A stretch of 64,000 nt of DNA from Raja brachyura (lineage: Eukaryota): contig OY740798.1 in the NCBI GenBank assembly GCA_963514005.1, positions 10,044,001-10,108,000 of the forward strand, read 5' to 3'. The position numbers were made by a program, and so were the translations under genes. Under the pieces are notes generated by a model, which was given only the letters and a program-made list of their open reading frames with translations, was not told where the DNA came from and ran no database searches. Shown here piece after piece: positions 50,301 to 60,727 of the stretch; the first letter of the stretch is position 1; every line of letters begins with the position of its first letter.

Positions 50301-53300
50301 AGATGCTGCCGCACCCGCTGAGTTTCTCCAACATTTTTGTGTACCCATTCCTTGTTTTCTTATTTTAATCATTGAATGGAAAAGCAAGAAAGAATTGGAG
50401 AAGGTTACTGAGAAATCTCAAATCTATTTATGGATTATGAGAAAGGTAAATCTGCAAATACCACCCCTGCACTCCCTGTGCTTACTGTTCTATGTACTAC
50501 CTGGCTGATTCATAATGTGAAATGTGTAATCCTCTGGAGAAAATGAGGTGCCAGAGGAAGTGGTTGAGGTAGATACAATAGCAAAGACATTTGGACAAGT
50601 CATGGTTAGAAAAGGGTTAGAGCGATGTAGGCCAAATGCGGGCAAATGAGATGAACCGAGATGGGGCATTGACGAGTTGGGCCGAGGGCCAACGGTATGA
50701 CTTTATCAGCACACTATCACCACCTCCTCAGGGGGGTAAAGCAACAAGGTTGAACAGGATTTGATATACTAAATACTATTTCTAAACAACTGTTTACAGT
50801 ATCAAACTGAAATGGTGCACCATATTCCTGATGTAAATTCTTACCTCTTTAATCTCAGATAGGAGCTTGATTGCATGATCGTAAACAGGTGGATCCTCAT
50901 TTAGCTGGGCTTGTAAACAATCCCAAAAGGCTTTCTTCATAATATCTTCAATCGTCTTCTCAAAACTGTTGACATGAATATTGATTTCTCTCACTACAGG
51001 TAGCCCCAGCATTCCCTCTCTCTCTATCCCTCCCCTACCCAAGTCGCACTAGCTTCTCGTTTGCACCGTACAAACAGCTAACAATGGCCTGTTTCCTTTA
51101 TCATCATTACTTTTTTGCATATCTTTTATTCATTGTTCTTTATCTCTCCAGATCATCGTCAATATCTCTCATTTCCCTTATCCCTAACCAGTCTGAAGAA
51201 GGGTCTCGACCCGAAACATCACCCATTCATTCTCTCCAGAGATGCTGCCTGTCCCGCTGAGTTACTCCAGCTTTTTGTGTCTATCTTCGACATGATAGCA
51301 ACTATTGATTAGTTATACATTCACTCTCAGCTTTAATATATATGCATTTTATGGTTCTAAAAATGCAATTACTCTAAATTTGATATTATAGACTATCTTG
51401 GGCAATTAATTGAGTAAGCTACTCATCTGTCTATCGATTTAGCAGACTTTTATATTTCTTTTCTATAGAAAGGGTGTCCATATCTCTTCATTTGTAGTCT
51501 CTCAGCATCAAGGGAGACTTGGTTCCAAAATGGTTTTGAGACCTTAGGTGACTGATGAGACTTAAGTAGGAGCCCAGACCAATGCACGAAGGGGGCAGGA
51601 GATGAGCAGGGCAAGTGGTTAAGAAGGAACTGCAGACGTTGTTTTAAACCATAGACACAAAAAGCTGGATTAACTCAGCGGGACAGGCAGCATCTCTGGA
51701 GAGAAGGAATGGGTTACGTTTCGAGTCGAGACTTCTTCAGACAGGGCAAGTGGGTAGATAGATGAAGTGGCCCGTTCCTTACACCGCATTCCCTGCATGG
51801 ACCTGCAATGTCTCTTCCCTTCTTTGAATAGCCATGGGCCTGACATTCCCAGCGGTCACTCTTTGGAAGAGTGTCTTTACCTTGGGGAGGCAGCAAGGAT
51901 AAGTGAACTGACGATGGGATTGCTCTTCTTAGATTAGAATAGGTTTAATCAAGTTGTTCAACATGATGGGGCTTTGATAGAACATGAAGGGAAAACTGTT
52001 TCGCATGGCAAGTAGGTCCGTGGCTAAAAGTCATGGATTTAAAATAATTGGTAAATAAATCAGAGGTGAACTTGGGGAAAACGTTTTAAAACAAAAAGCT
52101 TTTCCCAACCAGACAATGGATGACTTGGAGTCAGGTTTCAACATCTCCCGTCACCCAACCCACATGTTTCAATGTTTTAAAAATAATTCTGTAATTATGT
52201 CAGTGGCCACAAACAGAAAAGTTCAGTTCGCCCTAAATTAGCCTTGGCCAAGTTTTGTTTAGGAAATATTTGGCAATTATCATGGAAACCAATTGAAGAA
52301 TCAAATTCAATAATTTTAATTTCAATAATTTTGGTTGTAACCTAACTGAGGTATTAACAAGAACTAAAAATGTGGAATTTTAAAATCTACCAAATAAACA
52401 ACTTCTGCTTTATTGAAAGAAGGTACCTGGCCTCTGGTAAATCCCGCTGTTTGATTAGGAAGCTTTCATCAACCACGATCTCATGGGCTAGAGCCATGTT
52501 GCAAACCCCTTTTTCTGCCTCAATTAATTCCTCTACTGATACCAGATTTGGGGAAACAGCTAGAATCACAAATAAAAACAATGATGTCATGACATGTTCA
52601 GACCTCAATACAATATATCCTTTACCTTCTTAAAAATATTCAAGATGGCAAATTGTCCCTTAGCTTAAGCTCACATCATTCCTTGGGTTGTGGAATGCAA
52701 GGTCAGCTTTAACATGACAATCTGAAACAATAATTGGTTATTGAATGCCAGAAATTAGCAGACCAAGGCATTGAGGCTCTTCTATATTAAACATCTACTC
52801 AATTCGTAATTAGATAGACTACTGGAATATTGCCAAATAATCATATATTTCTACTAATCTGTTGATCTCCCACAGCATAAGAAATTATTTTTAATAAAAT
52901 AACATAATTATAAACATCCTATTTTCAAATTAAAAAATTGTAAACATTCCATTATGTAATGATTATGTAATGATTTAGATTAGTTTAGTTAAGAGATACA
53001 GTACGGTAACAAGCCCTTTGGCCCACCAAATCCGCGCCGACCAGTGATCCCTGCACATTAACACGATCTTACACACATTAGGGACAATTTTCAATTATAC
53101 CAAGGCAATTAGCCTACAATCGGTACGTCTTTGAAGTGTGGGAGGAAACCAGAACTCCCGGAGAAAACCCACGCAGGACATGGAGTGAACGTAAAAGCTC
53201 CGTACAGACAAGCACCAGTCATCAGGATCGAACCCGGGTCTCTGTTGCTGTAAGGCATCAACTCTAGCACTGTGCCACCATGCCGCCCTTTAATATAACT

Positions 53301-53607
53301 ATTGCTGCGTTGGTAATTTAGAATTTGCAGAGCAGTTCACAAAGAGAGGAAACGAAAAATGCTTCATATTAAATACCATCAATGTTCTTCCTTTAATTTC
53401 CAACTATAGTCCTAGACTTGAGCCAAGACCAAGATGTATGAATACAAACTTACAAGGAAGAGTGTTTCCACTGCAGGCGATTTCAGTGCCTGGTCTCATT
53501 TGATGATGTAGATTCTCGGCTTCTGAATCCCTCTGCCCACTATGATGTGTACTCACTGGGTCTTCCTCCCCGTTCCCTTGCTGTGGTTTCTCTGGTTCCA
53601 AAGGCAT
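41146..53607 (-). CDS. TCP11L1: T-complex protein 11-like 1, complete CDS, 9 coding exons, 514 aa
   Basis: Exons 53607-53454,52559-52427,50965-50845,49767-49547,46274-46138,44759-44572,44461-44280,41999-41827,41381-41146 with consistent phases. Tcp11-family motifs [55 protein letters not shown]. The tail-to-tail position with CSTF3 matches human TCP11L1. Confidence 0.93.
41827..41999 (-). CDS. TCP11L1: TCP11L1 exon 9 (SFHLAE...VLKGQIQA...RKLI)
   Basis: ttgcag|T...ATAG|gtaaga. Confidence 0.92.
42237..43191. mobile_element. Putative non-autonomous DNA transposon (hAT-like ends)
   Basis: Imperfect TIRs TAGGTTATGTTACAA / TTGTTACATTGCTA; flanked by a direct repeat (A)GAGAATG at 42229-36 and 43191-98. 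Confidence 0.55.
43389..43862 (+). mobile_element. Short non-LTR element with Rex1-like 3' tail
   Basis: Starts caagatggcg, has a GC-rich body, ends gaatttcattg...catgacaataaactcttga. Confidence 0.5.
44280..44461 (-). CDS. TCP11L1: TCP11L1 exon 8 (PVLMDQSRF...GMHS)
   Basis: ccttag|CCT...CA|gtaagt. Confidence 0.92.
44572..44759 (-). CDS. TCP11L1: TCP11L1 exon 7 ([12 protein letters not shown]...LFPE)
   Basis: ctacag|GA...GAG|gtgagc. Confidence 0.92.
46138..46274 (-). CDS. TCP11L1: TCP11L1 exon 6 ([13 protein letters not shown]...DKQH)
   Basis: ttacag|G...CACG|gtgaaa. Confidence 0.92.
47215..47448 (-). mobile_element. V-SINE, degenerate
   Basis: Reverse V-domain and tRNA-like head. Confidence 0.65.
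48482..49517 (-). mobile_element. HE1-like V-SINE interrupted by a solo LTR
   Basis: SINE body 48482-48754 continues at 49485-49517 after the insertion. Confidence 0.75.
48755..49484 (+). mobile_element. Solo LTR (730 bp; ERV or Gypsy)
   Basis: TGTTAA...TTTACA ends, 4-bp TSD CTGT, TATAAAA at 49244-50, AATAAA at 49401-6. Confidence 0.8.
49547..49767 (-). CDS. TCP11L1: TCP11L1 exon 5 ([17 protein letters not shown]...LLFR)
   Basis: ttttag|ACT...AG|gcaaga (GC donor required by phase and homology). Confidence 0.9.
50112..50345. mobile_element. Head-to-head inverted pair of PLE terminal repeats
   Basis: ~95-bp arms around ttcttcagactc-aagatca-gagtctgaagaa. Confidence 0.8.
50845..50965 (-). CDS. 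TCP11L1: TCP11L1 exon 4 ([17 protein letters not shown]...EIKE)
   Basis: tcaacag|T...GAG|gtaaga. Confidence 0.92.
50978..51288 (+). mobile_element. PLE 3' end inserted at the TCP11L1 exon 4 acceptor
   Basis: MNIDFS-coding end, UTR and hammerhead-like core at 51193-51220; GACATGA repeat at 50971-77 and 51289-95. Confidence 0.78.
52427..52559 (-). CDS. TCP11L1: TCP11L1 exon 3 ([12 protein letters not shown]...[10 protein letters not shown]...)
   Basis: ttctag|CT...AG|gtacct. Confidence 0.92.
52977..53288 (-). mobile_element. HE1-like V-SINE
   Basis: Full head, V-domain and (CTAAA)n tail on the reverse strand. Confidence 0.8.
53454..53607 (-). CDS. TCP11L1: TCP11L1 exon 2 coding part ([10 protein letters not shown]...); exon extends to the acceptor at 53654
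   Basis: ttttacag| acceptor at 53655-6; ATG at 53607; donor T|gtaagt. Confidence 0.8.
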
Positions 53608-53994
53608 GTTTGATGCTCTTCAAGTATACTTTATGCAGCTTTTAGACTTAGAACCTGTAAAAGACAGCAGCTTGAGCTTTGCTGATCATAATTCCTGCTT
53701 CACTCTGGGGACTTGTAAAAAATGGGGATGAATATTCTGCAGGGTGACTTTAGAGAGCTCGGAAAAATCCTGAAAAGCAGGACTTCCAGACCTCACAGTA
53801 GAGAGCTTGCTGACCGGTTGCATCGTGGCTTGGTTCAGCAACTTAAGCGCCCTGGAGAGGAAAAGACTGAAGAAGGGTCTTGACCCGAAACGTCGCCCAT
53901 CTCCTTCGCTCCTTAGATGCTGCTGCACCCGCTGAGTTTTTCCAGCCTTTTGTGTACCCTCGATTCTCCAGCATCTGCAGTTCCTTCTTTAAGA

Positions 53995-56447
53995 CACTAA
54001 TTGGTGTTATCTACAGACCCCAAATACTAGCCCGGTTTGTAGAGTGCCTCCGAGATGGATTCTTAGAGCAGCTTGTAATGGAGCCGACCAGAGAAAAGGC
54101 AATTCTGGATTTAGTGTTGCCTAATGAACCAGATTTGATAAGAGAACTAGAGGTAAAGGAACCGCTTGGAGGTAGTGATCATAATATGATTAGTTTTAAT
54201 CTGCAATTTGAGAAGGAAAATGTTAAATCAGAAGTGTCAGTGCTGCAGTTGAACAAAGGGGACTATGAAGGCACGAGAGAGGAGCTGGCCAAGGTAGACT
54301 GTAATGGGATCCTAGCAGGAATGACGGTGGAACAGCAATGGCAGGAATTTCTGGGCATGATCCGGAAGACGCAGGATCATTTCATTCCAAAAAGGAAGAA
54401 AGATTCTAAGGGGAGTAGGAGGCAACTGTGGCTGACAAGAGAAGTTAGGGATTGAAAAAAGCTAAAAGGAAAGATGTATAACACAGCAAAGAGTAGCCGG
54501 AAGCCAGAGGATTGGGTAACTTTCATAGGACAACAGAAGGAAACAAAATGGGCAATACGGGCTGAAAAGATGAAGTACGAGGGGAAGCTGGCCAGGAATA
54601 TAAAGAAGGACAGTAAAAGCTTCTTTAGATATGCTAAGGGAAAAAGAATAGCAAAGTCAAATGTGGGTCCCTTGAAGGCAGAAACTGGTGAAATTATTAT
54701 GGGTAACAAGGAGATGGCAGAAGAGTTGAACAGGTACTTTGGATCTGTCTTCATTAAGGAAGACAAACAATCTCCCAGCTGTACTGGAGGACGGAGGATC
54801 TAAGGGGGTAGAGGAACTGAAATAAATTTTCATTAGGTGAGAAATAGTATTAGCTAGGCTAATGGGACTGAATGATAAATCCCCTGGACCGGATGGTCTG
54901 CATCCCAGAGTCCTCAGGGAGTTGGCTCTAGAAATAGTGGACGCATTTGGCGATCATTTTCCAATGTTCAATAGATTCAGGATCAGTTCCTGTGGATTGG
55001 AGGATAGCTAATGTTATCCCACTTTTCAAGAAAGGAGCGAGGGAGAAAACAGGGAATTACAGACCAGTTAGCCTGACTTCGGTGTTTGGAAAGATGCTGG
55101 AGTCAATTATTAAAGAGGTAATAATGGGGAATTTGGATAGCAGCAAAAGGATTTGTCCAAGTCAACATGGATTTATGAAAGAGAAATCATGCTTGACTAA
55201 TCTTCTGGAATTTTTTGAGGACGTGACAAGTAAAATGGATGAAGGGGAGCCAGTGGATGTAGTGTATCTAGACTTTCAGAAAGCCTTTGATAAGGTCCCG
55301 CACGGGAGACTGGTGACTAAAATTAGAGCACATGGTGTTGGGGGAAAGTTGGTGACATGGATAGAACATTGGTTGGCAGATACGGAAGCAAAGAGTAGGA
55401 GTGAACGGGTCCTTTTCAGAATGTCAGGCAATGGCGAGTGGGGTGCCGCAAGGCTCGGTGTTGGTGCCGCAACTGTTTACCACACATGTTAATGATTTGG
55501 ACGAAGGAATTATGAGCAACACTAACAAGTTTGCGGATGACACAAAGCTGGGTGGCAGTGTGAACTGTGAAGAGGATGTTAGGAGGATGCAGGGTGACCC
55601 GGACAGGTTGAGTGAGTGGGCAGATGCGTGGCAGATGCAGTATAATATAGATAAATGTGAGGTTATCCACTCTGGCGGCAAAAACAAGGGGGCAGATTAT
55701 TATCTCAATGGGGTTAGGTTAGGTAAGGAGGAGGTGCAGCGAGACCTGGGTGTCCTTGTACACCTGTCACTGAAAGTTGGCGTGCAGGTAGAGCAGGCAG
55801 TGAAGAAAGCTAATGGAATGTTGGCCTTCATAACAAGAGGATTTCAGTATAGGGGTAAAGAGGTTCTTCTGCAGTTGTATAGGGCACATCTGGAGTATTG
55901 TGTACAGCTTTGGTCTCCTAATTTGAAGAAGGACATCCTTGTGATTGAGGCAGTGCAGTGTAGGTTCACGAGATTGATTCCTGGGATGGCGGGACTGTCA
56001 TACGAGGAAAGATTGAAAAGACTAGGCTTGTATTCACTGGAGTTTAGAAGGATGAGGGGGCATCTTATAGAAACATATAAAATTATAAAAGGACTGGATA
56101 AGCTAGCTGCAGGAAAAAAAAATTCCCAATGTTGGGCGAGTCCAGAACCAGGGGCCAGTCTTAGAATAAAGGGGTGGCCATTTAAGACTGAGGTGAGAAA
56201 AAACGTTTTCACCCAGAGAGTTGTGAATTTGTGGAATTCCCTGCCACAGAGGGCAGTGGAGGCCAAATCACTGGATGGATTTAAGAGAGAGTTAGATAGA
56301 GCTCTAGGGGCTAGTGGAATCAAGGGATATGGGGAGAAGGCAGGCACAGGTTATTGATTGGGAACGATCAGCCATGATCACAATGAATGGCGGTGTTGGC
56401 TGGAAGGGCCGAATGGCCTCCTCCTGCACGTATTTTCTATGTTTCTA
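53995..56447 (+). mobile_element. CR1 LINE, ~2.45 kb ORF2 (part of APE endonuclease plus RT) with frameshifts
   Basis: GVIYRP, ILDLVL, GGSDHN, YLDFQKAFDKV, VPQGSVL, FADDTK motifs; CR1 tail. Confidence 0.95.
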
Positions 56448-57217
56448 AATCCCCAGTGTGGTATTCCACTCAGAAATACGATTCCTTAGCCATCCACAAA
56501 ATTAAGCAATTGGGATTGGGAACTATTTCAGTGATATATTCGGCTAAGCCAAAATGGTTTCAATAGTTTTCAATAAATTGTGTAATAATTGTGTGGTAAT
56601 AACTTTAAGAAACATTCCAAACAGGACTTTGGCAATTGAGTTATAATTCAACAGGAAAGTACAATTGCAGTTATAGATTACAGACTGTTCCATCTTGAAG
56701 AGTTAATGCAATACTTTGGGGTGGATGTGGAGATAGATATGATAGTGGAGTTTAAGAGGCTTTAACTCAGGCACAGGGAAGTGCAAGGAATGGAAGAATA
56801 TGGATCATGTACAGGAAGATGAGATCAGTTTAACTTGGCATTATATTTGGCGCAAACATTGTGGGCCGAAGAGCCCATTCCTGTGCTGTACTGTTCTATG
56901 TTCTAAATTGGCCATAATAATGGTACAAAGGGGACATTTATGGAGAGATGGACAACTGTCTTATTCTAACCCTTGTATTGGTCAGAGAAACCACCTCCTC
57001 TGTCTAATTTTAGTCTCATTGTTTTATTATCCTAGTATCTTGAGTTTTGGTCCACAACCCAACAGTGTCCGTTTTTGTAAACCGGTATCTGCAGTCTCTT
57101 GTGTCAAGCATCTATTTTGTACCCATCTCATCTCATCTTTAAAGGATTCCGGTTGTACAATTTTATTACCAATTTCCAATCCCAATTCACCTGCCATGTC
57201 ACTTTTTAGCTCACAGA

Positions 57218-57940
57218 AGTCGGTGCCAGATCGTGGCGACACTTTACCTGCTCTGAATCGCATCTTCGCCCTCTCCGTGCGGCCTACCTTCGGGACTGGA
57301 GTGGCGTTTCCTGCCTAGATCAGCCGGGACTACAGCTTCGGCAGCGGCACAGCGCTGGGACACCATCACGGAGCGGGCGATGCCCTACCCGGGTCGCCGT
57401 GTGGTAAGCTCTGGAGTGCTGTGACCGCCAACTCCAACATCCGAGGAGCTGTGACTGTGGGCATACAGTCGCGGGCGGCGCTGGATTTAAAACACCGCAG
57501 AGCCTCGGATCCGAGATCGCCACAGTTGGAGCTCCGACCAGCGCGGCCTGAGGACTTCGGGAGCCGCGGTCTCCAGGGGAGGAAGCGGCCGCTCCAGACA
57601 TTCCAAGCCGCTGAGGAGTGTTCACCCGACGCCTGAGTTCCATCTTCCCGGCAAGAGGGCCTATAACATCGGCCGCCACCGTTGTGGCGACTGTCTACGG
57701 AGGCCTCAAATAGGCCCCGACCTCGGGTGGACTAGGAGGAGGAGGACTGGACTTTTTGGTGCCTTCCCTCACAGTGGACACTGTTGATTCTGCTGTGGGG
57801 GGACGTTCATGTTGAATCCTATAGTGTATTGTGTCTTTTTTTTATATGGATGTATGGTAATCTAATTTCTTCTCTGTAAAGCACTTTGGCTTCAACGTGA
57901 TTTGATTTAAAAATGCTATATAAATAAATATTACTTACTT
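57218..57940 (+). mobile_element. GC-rich short retroelement with L2-type 3' tail
   Basis: Ends tgtaaagcactttg...aaatgctatataaataaatattactt; CpG-rich body. Confidence 0.55.
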
Positions 57941-58169
57941 GTTCTTTCAGCAAAACATGTACTACTTGCCAGACTTCATTCCCTAGAATCAAGCATTCGT
58001 TGTTTTTTTTAGATGAAAATACACGGATGAAGACACTTCTCCTGTGTACGTGCAAAATACCATGGATAGTGGGAATCTGAAATAGAGAGAAAATGCTGTA
58101 AATATTCAGCAACGGAGGCATAATTTCTGCACTGAAAAGATAGTGAGCTAAGTGACTGCCTAAGCTGTG

Positions 58170-58995
58170 TTTGATCGAAGATAGACATAGAAGATGCTGA
58201 AGTAACTCAGCGGGTCAGACAGCATCTCGAGAGAGAAGGAATAGGTGATGTTTCAGATCGAGACCCTTCTTCAGACTGAGAGTCAGGGGAGAGGAAATCT
58301 ACAAGTGTGAAAAGGTTCAAAACCAAGCAGACCTAACACCGATGACCATGGAAAGGTGGAACCCACAATGATCCATTCTTGGCTGTGGAAGAGGTGAAAA
58401 AATGGACACGAACAGTGAAACTAGCAGGAGACTCAGGGTGGGGTAAGGACAGAGAGAGAGGGAATACAAGGGTTACTTGAAATTTGTGGAATGAGCTTCC
58501 AGTGGAAGTGGTGGCGGCAGGTTCGTTGGTATCATTTAAAAATAAATTGGATAGGCATATGGATGAGAAGGGTATGGAGGGTTATGGTATGAGTGCAGGC
58601 AGGTGGGACTAAGGGGAAAAAGTTGTTCGGCACGGACTTGAAGGGCCGAGATGGCCTGTTTCCGTGCTGTAATTGTTATATGGTTATATGAAATTGAAGA
58701 AATCAACATTCATACTGCTGGGTTGTAAGCTACCCAAGCGAAATGTGAAGTGCTGTTCCTCTAATTTGTATGTGTCCTCACTCTGACAGTGGAGGCGGCC
58801 CCAGACAGAAAAGTCAGTATAGGAATGGGAAGGGTAGTTAAAATGTTTGGCAACCGGAGATCTTGTAGGCCAAGGGTTACACAAAAAGCTGGAGAAACTC
58901 AGCGGGTGCAGCAGCATCTAAGGAGCAAAGGAGATAGGCGACGATTCGGGTCGAGACCCTTCTTCAGACCAAGATGGACTGAGCGTAGGTGTCGA
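58170..58995 (-). mobile_element. Penelope-like element 3' part (GIY-YIG C-terminus, UTR, terminal repeat) with two nested insertions
   Basis: ORF 58684-58917 PVAKHFN..SHSYTD...KLEEQHFTFRLGSLQPSSMNVDFFNF. Confidence 0.75.
58485..58688 (+). mobile_element. Young CR1 3' fragment nested in the PLE
   Basis: TSD TGAAATT (58478-84, 58689-95); near-identical to the 3' end of the 19871-20695 copy. Confidence 0.88.
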
Positions 58996-60039
58996 TCGCT
59001 GTTGCTGTAATGTCCTTCAGCCGTACAATCCTCCACGATCCCTGCGTCTATCCTGTCTAGCATCAAGCCCATCCAATTTCTTCTGCAGGTACTGACAGCT
59101 GTGCATTTGCTACTTAAACTTGGATTTTAACTTAAATTTGTGAAGCAAAACTTGACACCATATATGTGCCATGTAACAGCACTTTGCTGTTTATTTTGGT
59201 GATGTTAATTATGCTGTTAAAGAAGGAACTGCAGATGCTGGAGAATCGAGGGTTACACAAAAAGCTGGAGAAACTCAGCGGATGCAGCAGCATCTAAGGA
59301 GCGAAGGAGATTATGCTGTTGGTTCAACATGTTAAAATGTTTTTAAACAAAAAATGCACCTTGCATTCAACAACAGGTATAATGATAGAAAAACAGCAGT
59401 CTATTTGTAAGCAGCAAGATCCCACAAACCACCAAGTGACAATGAACAGATTTTGAATGAAAAATAAACAAAAGGCCAAGTCACAGATTTCGAACGAAGA
59501 ATAAACAAAAGGCCAAGACGCTGGGAAGAAATCCATTATTCTCTTTGGAATAGAGGCATGGATCATTCATGATACAGTCTGTTAATAGCACTTTCAAGAT
59601 TACAGCATTCCCCCTGTACTCAATCAAACAGCTACCTGCGTTTTCCATGATCAAGTCACTAGGATTCCTTCGCTCCATAGATGCTGCCTCACCTGCTGAG
59701 TTTCTCCAGCTTTTTTGTCAACTTCAATTTTTCCAGCATCTGCAGTTCTTTCTTAAACAGGATAGTAACAATAGTAATTTGTCAACCCCTTGTTGACAAA
59801 TCACTATAGTTTTATGTTCTATGTTTTATGTTAAAGTACAGATACATACTTGGTAGGTGAGGTGTGGATGATTATATGGGCAGAGACAAAAGAACTCAGC
59901 GGGTCAGCAGCATCTCTGGTCAAAAGGAGTAGGTGACATTTCAGGGTCGAGACCCTTCAGTGTATTTGTACAAGAGGCGGACGCTCTGCTCGTGTATTTA
60001 TGCACACAAAATGATGGAGTAACTCAGCGGGGCTCAGTG

Positions 60040-60460
60040 GTGCAGAGGGGCCTGCGGCCCAGACCACCACCACACCCCACTCCCCCCTGCTGGCATCAGT
60101 CCATCCGTCCGATGCCCCTCCCGCCTCAGCAACCCGCCCGCCCGCCCGCCCGCAGCTCATCGTCGTCCACTCACCGCGCCCGCGCGCCCCGCCAGTCCGC
60201 TCACCGCGCCCGCCCGCCCGCCCGTCCGCTCACCGCGCTCACCGCGCCCGCGCGCCCCGCCAGTCCGAGCCCCTCCGCCGACGACCGTTTATTTACGGAT
60301 GCGACCAGCCGGAAATGGGCCCCGCGAAGCCTTATGGGAATTGTAGTTCGAAGGCGAAAGGATGCCGTGACGTCAGCTGGAGAACTGAGGGAGCTGCAGG
60401 TAAAGGTACAAAGTGCTGGAGTAACTGCAGGGACCAGGCTGCAGCGTCGCTGGGCAACAG
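60040..60460 (-). promoter_or_regulatory. TCP11L1: CpG-island promoter and non-coding exon 1 of TCP11L1
   Basis: Very CpG-dense with GC boxes. Contains a ZNF143/THAP11-type ACTACAATTCCCA (- strand, 60335-60347), CRE TGACGTCA (60368-60375), ETS-like CCGGAAAT (60309-60316) and - strand donors G|GTGAGT/C at 60175-60243. Confidence 0.8.
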
Positions 60461-60727
60461 GGACTGTTGACCTTTCGTCAGTCTGATTGTGGAGCGGGGT
60501 GGAGGGGAAGATAGCTGGATGGATAAAGGTCAAAGTCGAAGACATACAATCGTGTGAGACAAGGATGGAAGTGGTACCGAAGATTCACACAAAATGCTGT
60601 AGTAACTTAGGGGAATAGGCAGCATCTCTGGAGAGACGGAATGGGTGATGTTTCGGGTCAAGATCCTTCTTCAGACTCGGCCCAAAACGTCACCCATTCC
60701 TTCTCTGCAGAGATGCTGCTTGTCCCC

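Noticed and set aside
57218-57760. CpG-rich block as an alternative TCP11L1 promoter or coding exon
   Set aside because: It runs into an L2-type retroelement tail, so a young TE is more likely. The promoter motifs are at 60.3 kb.
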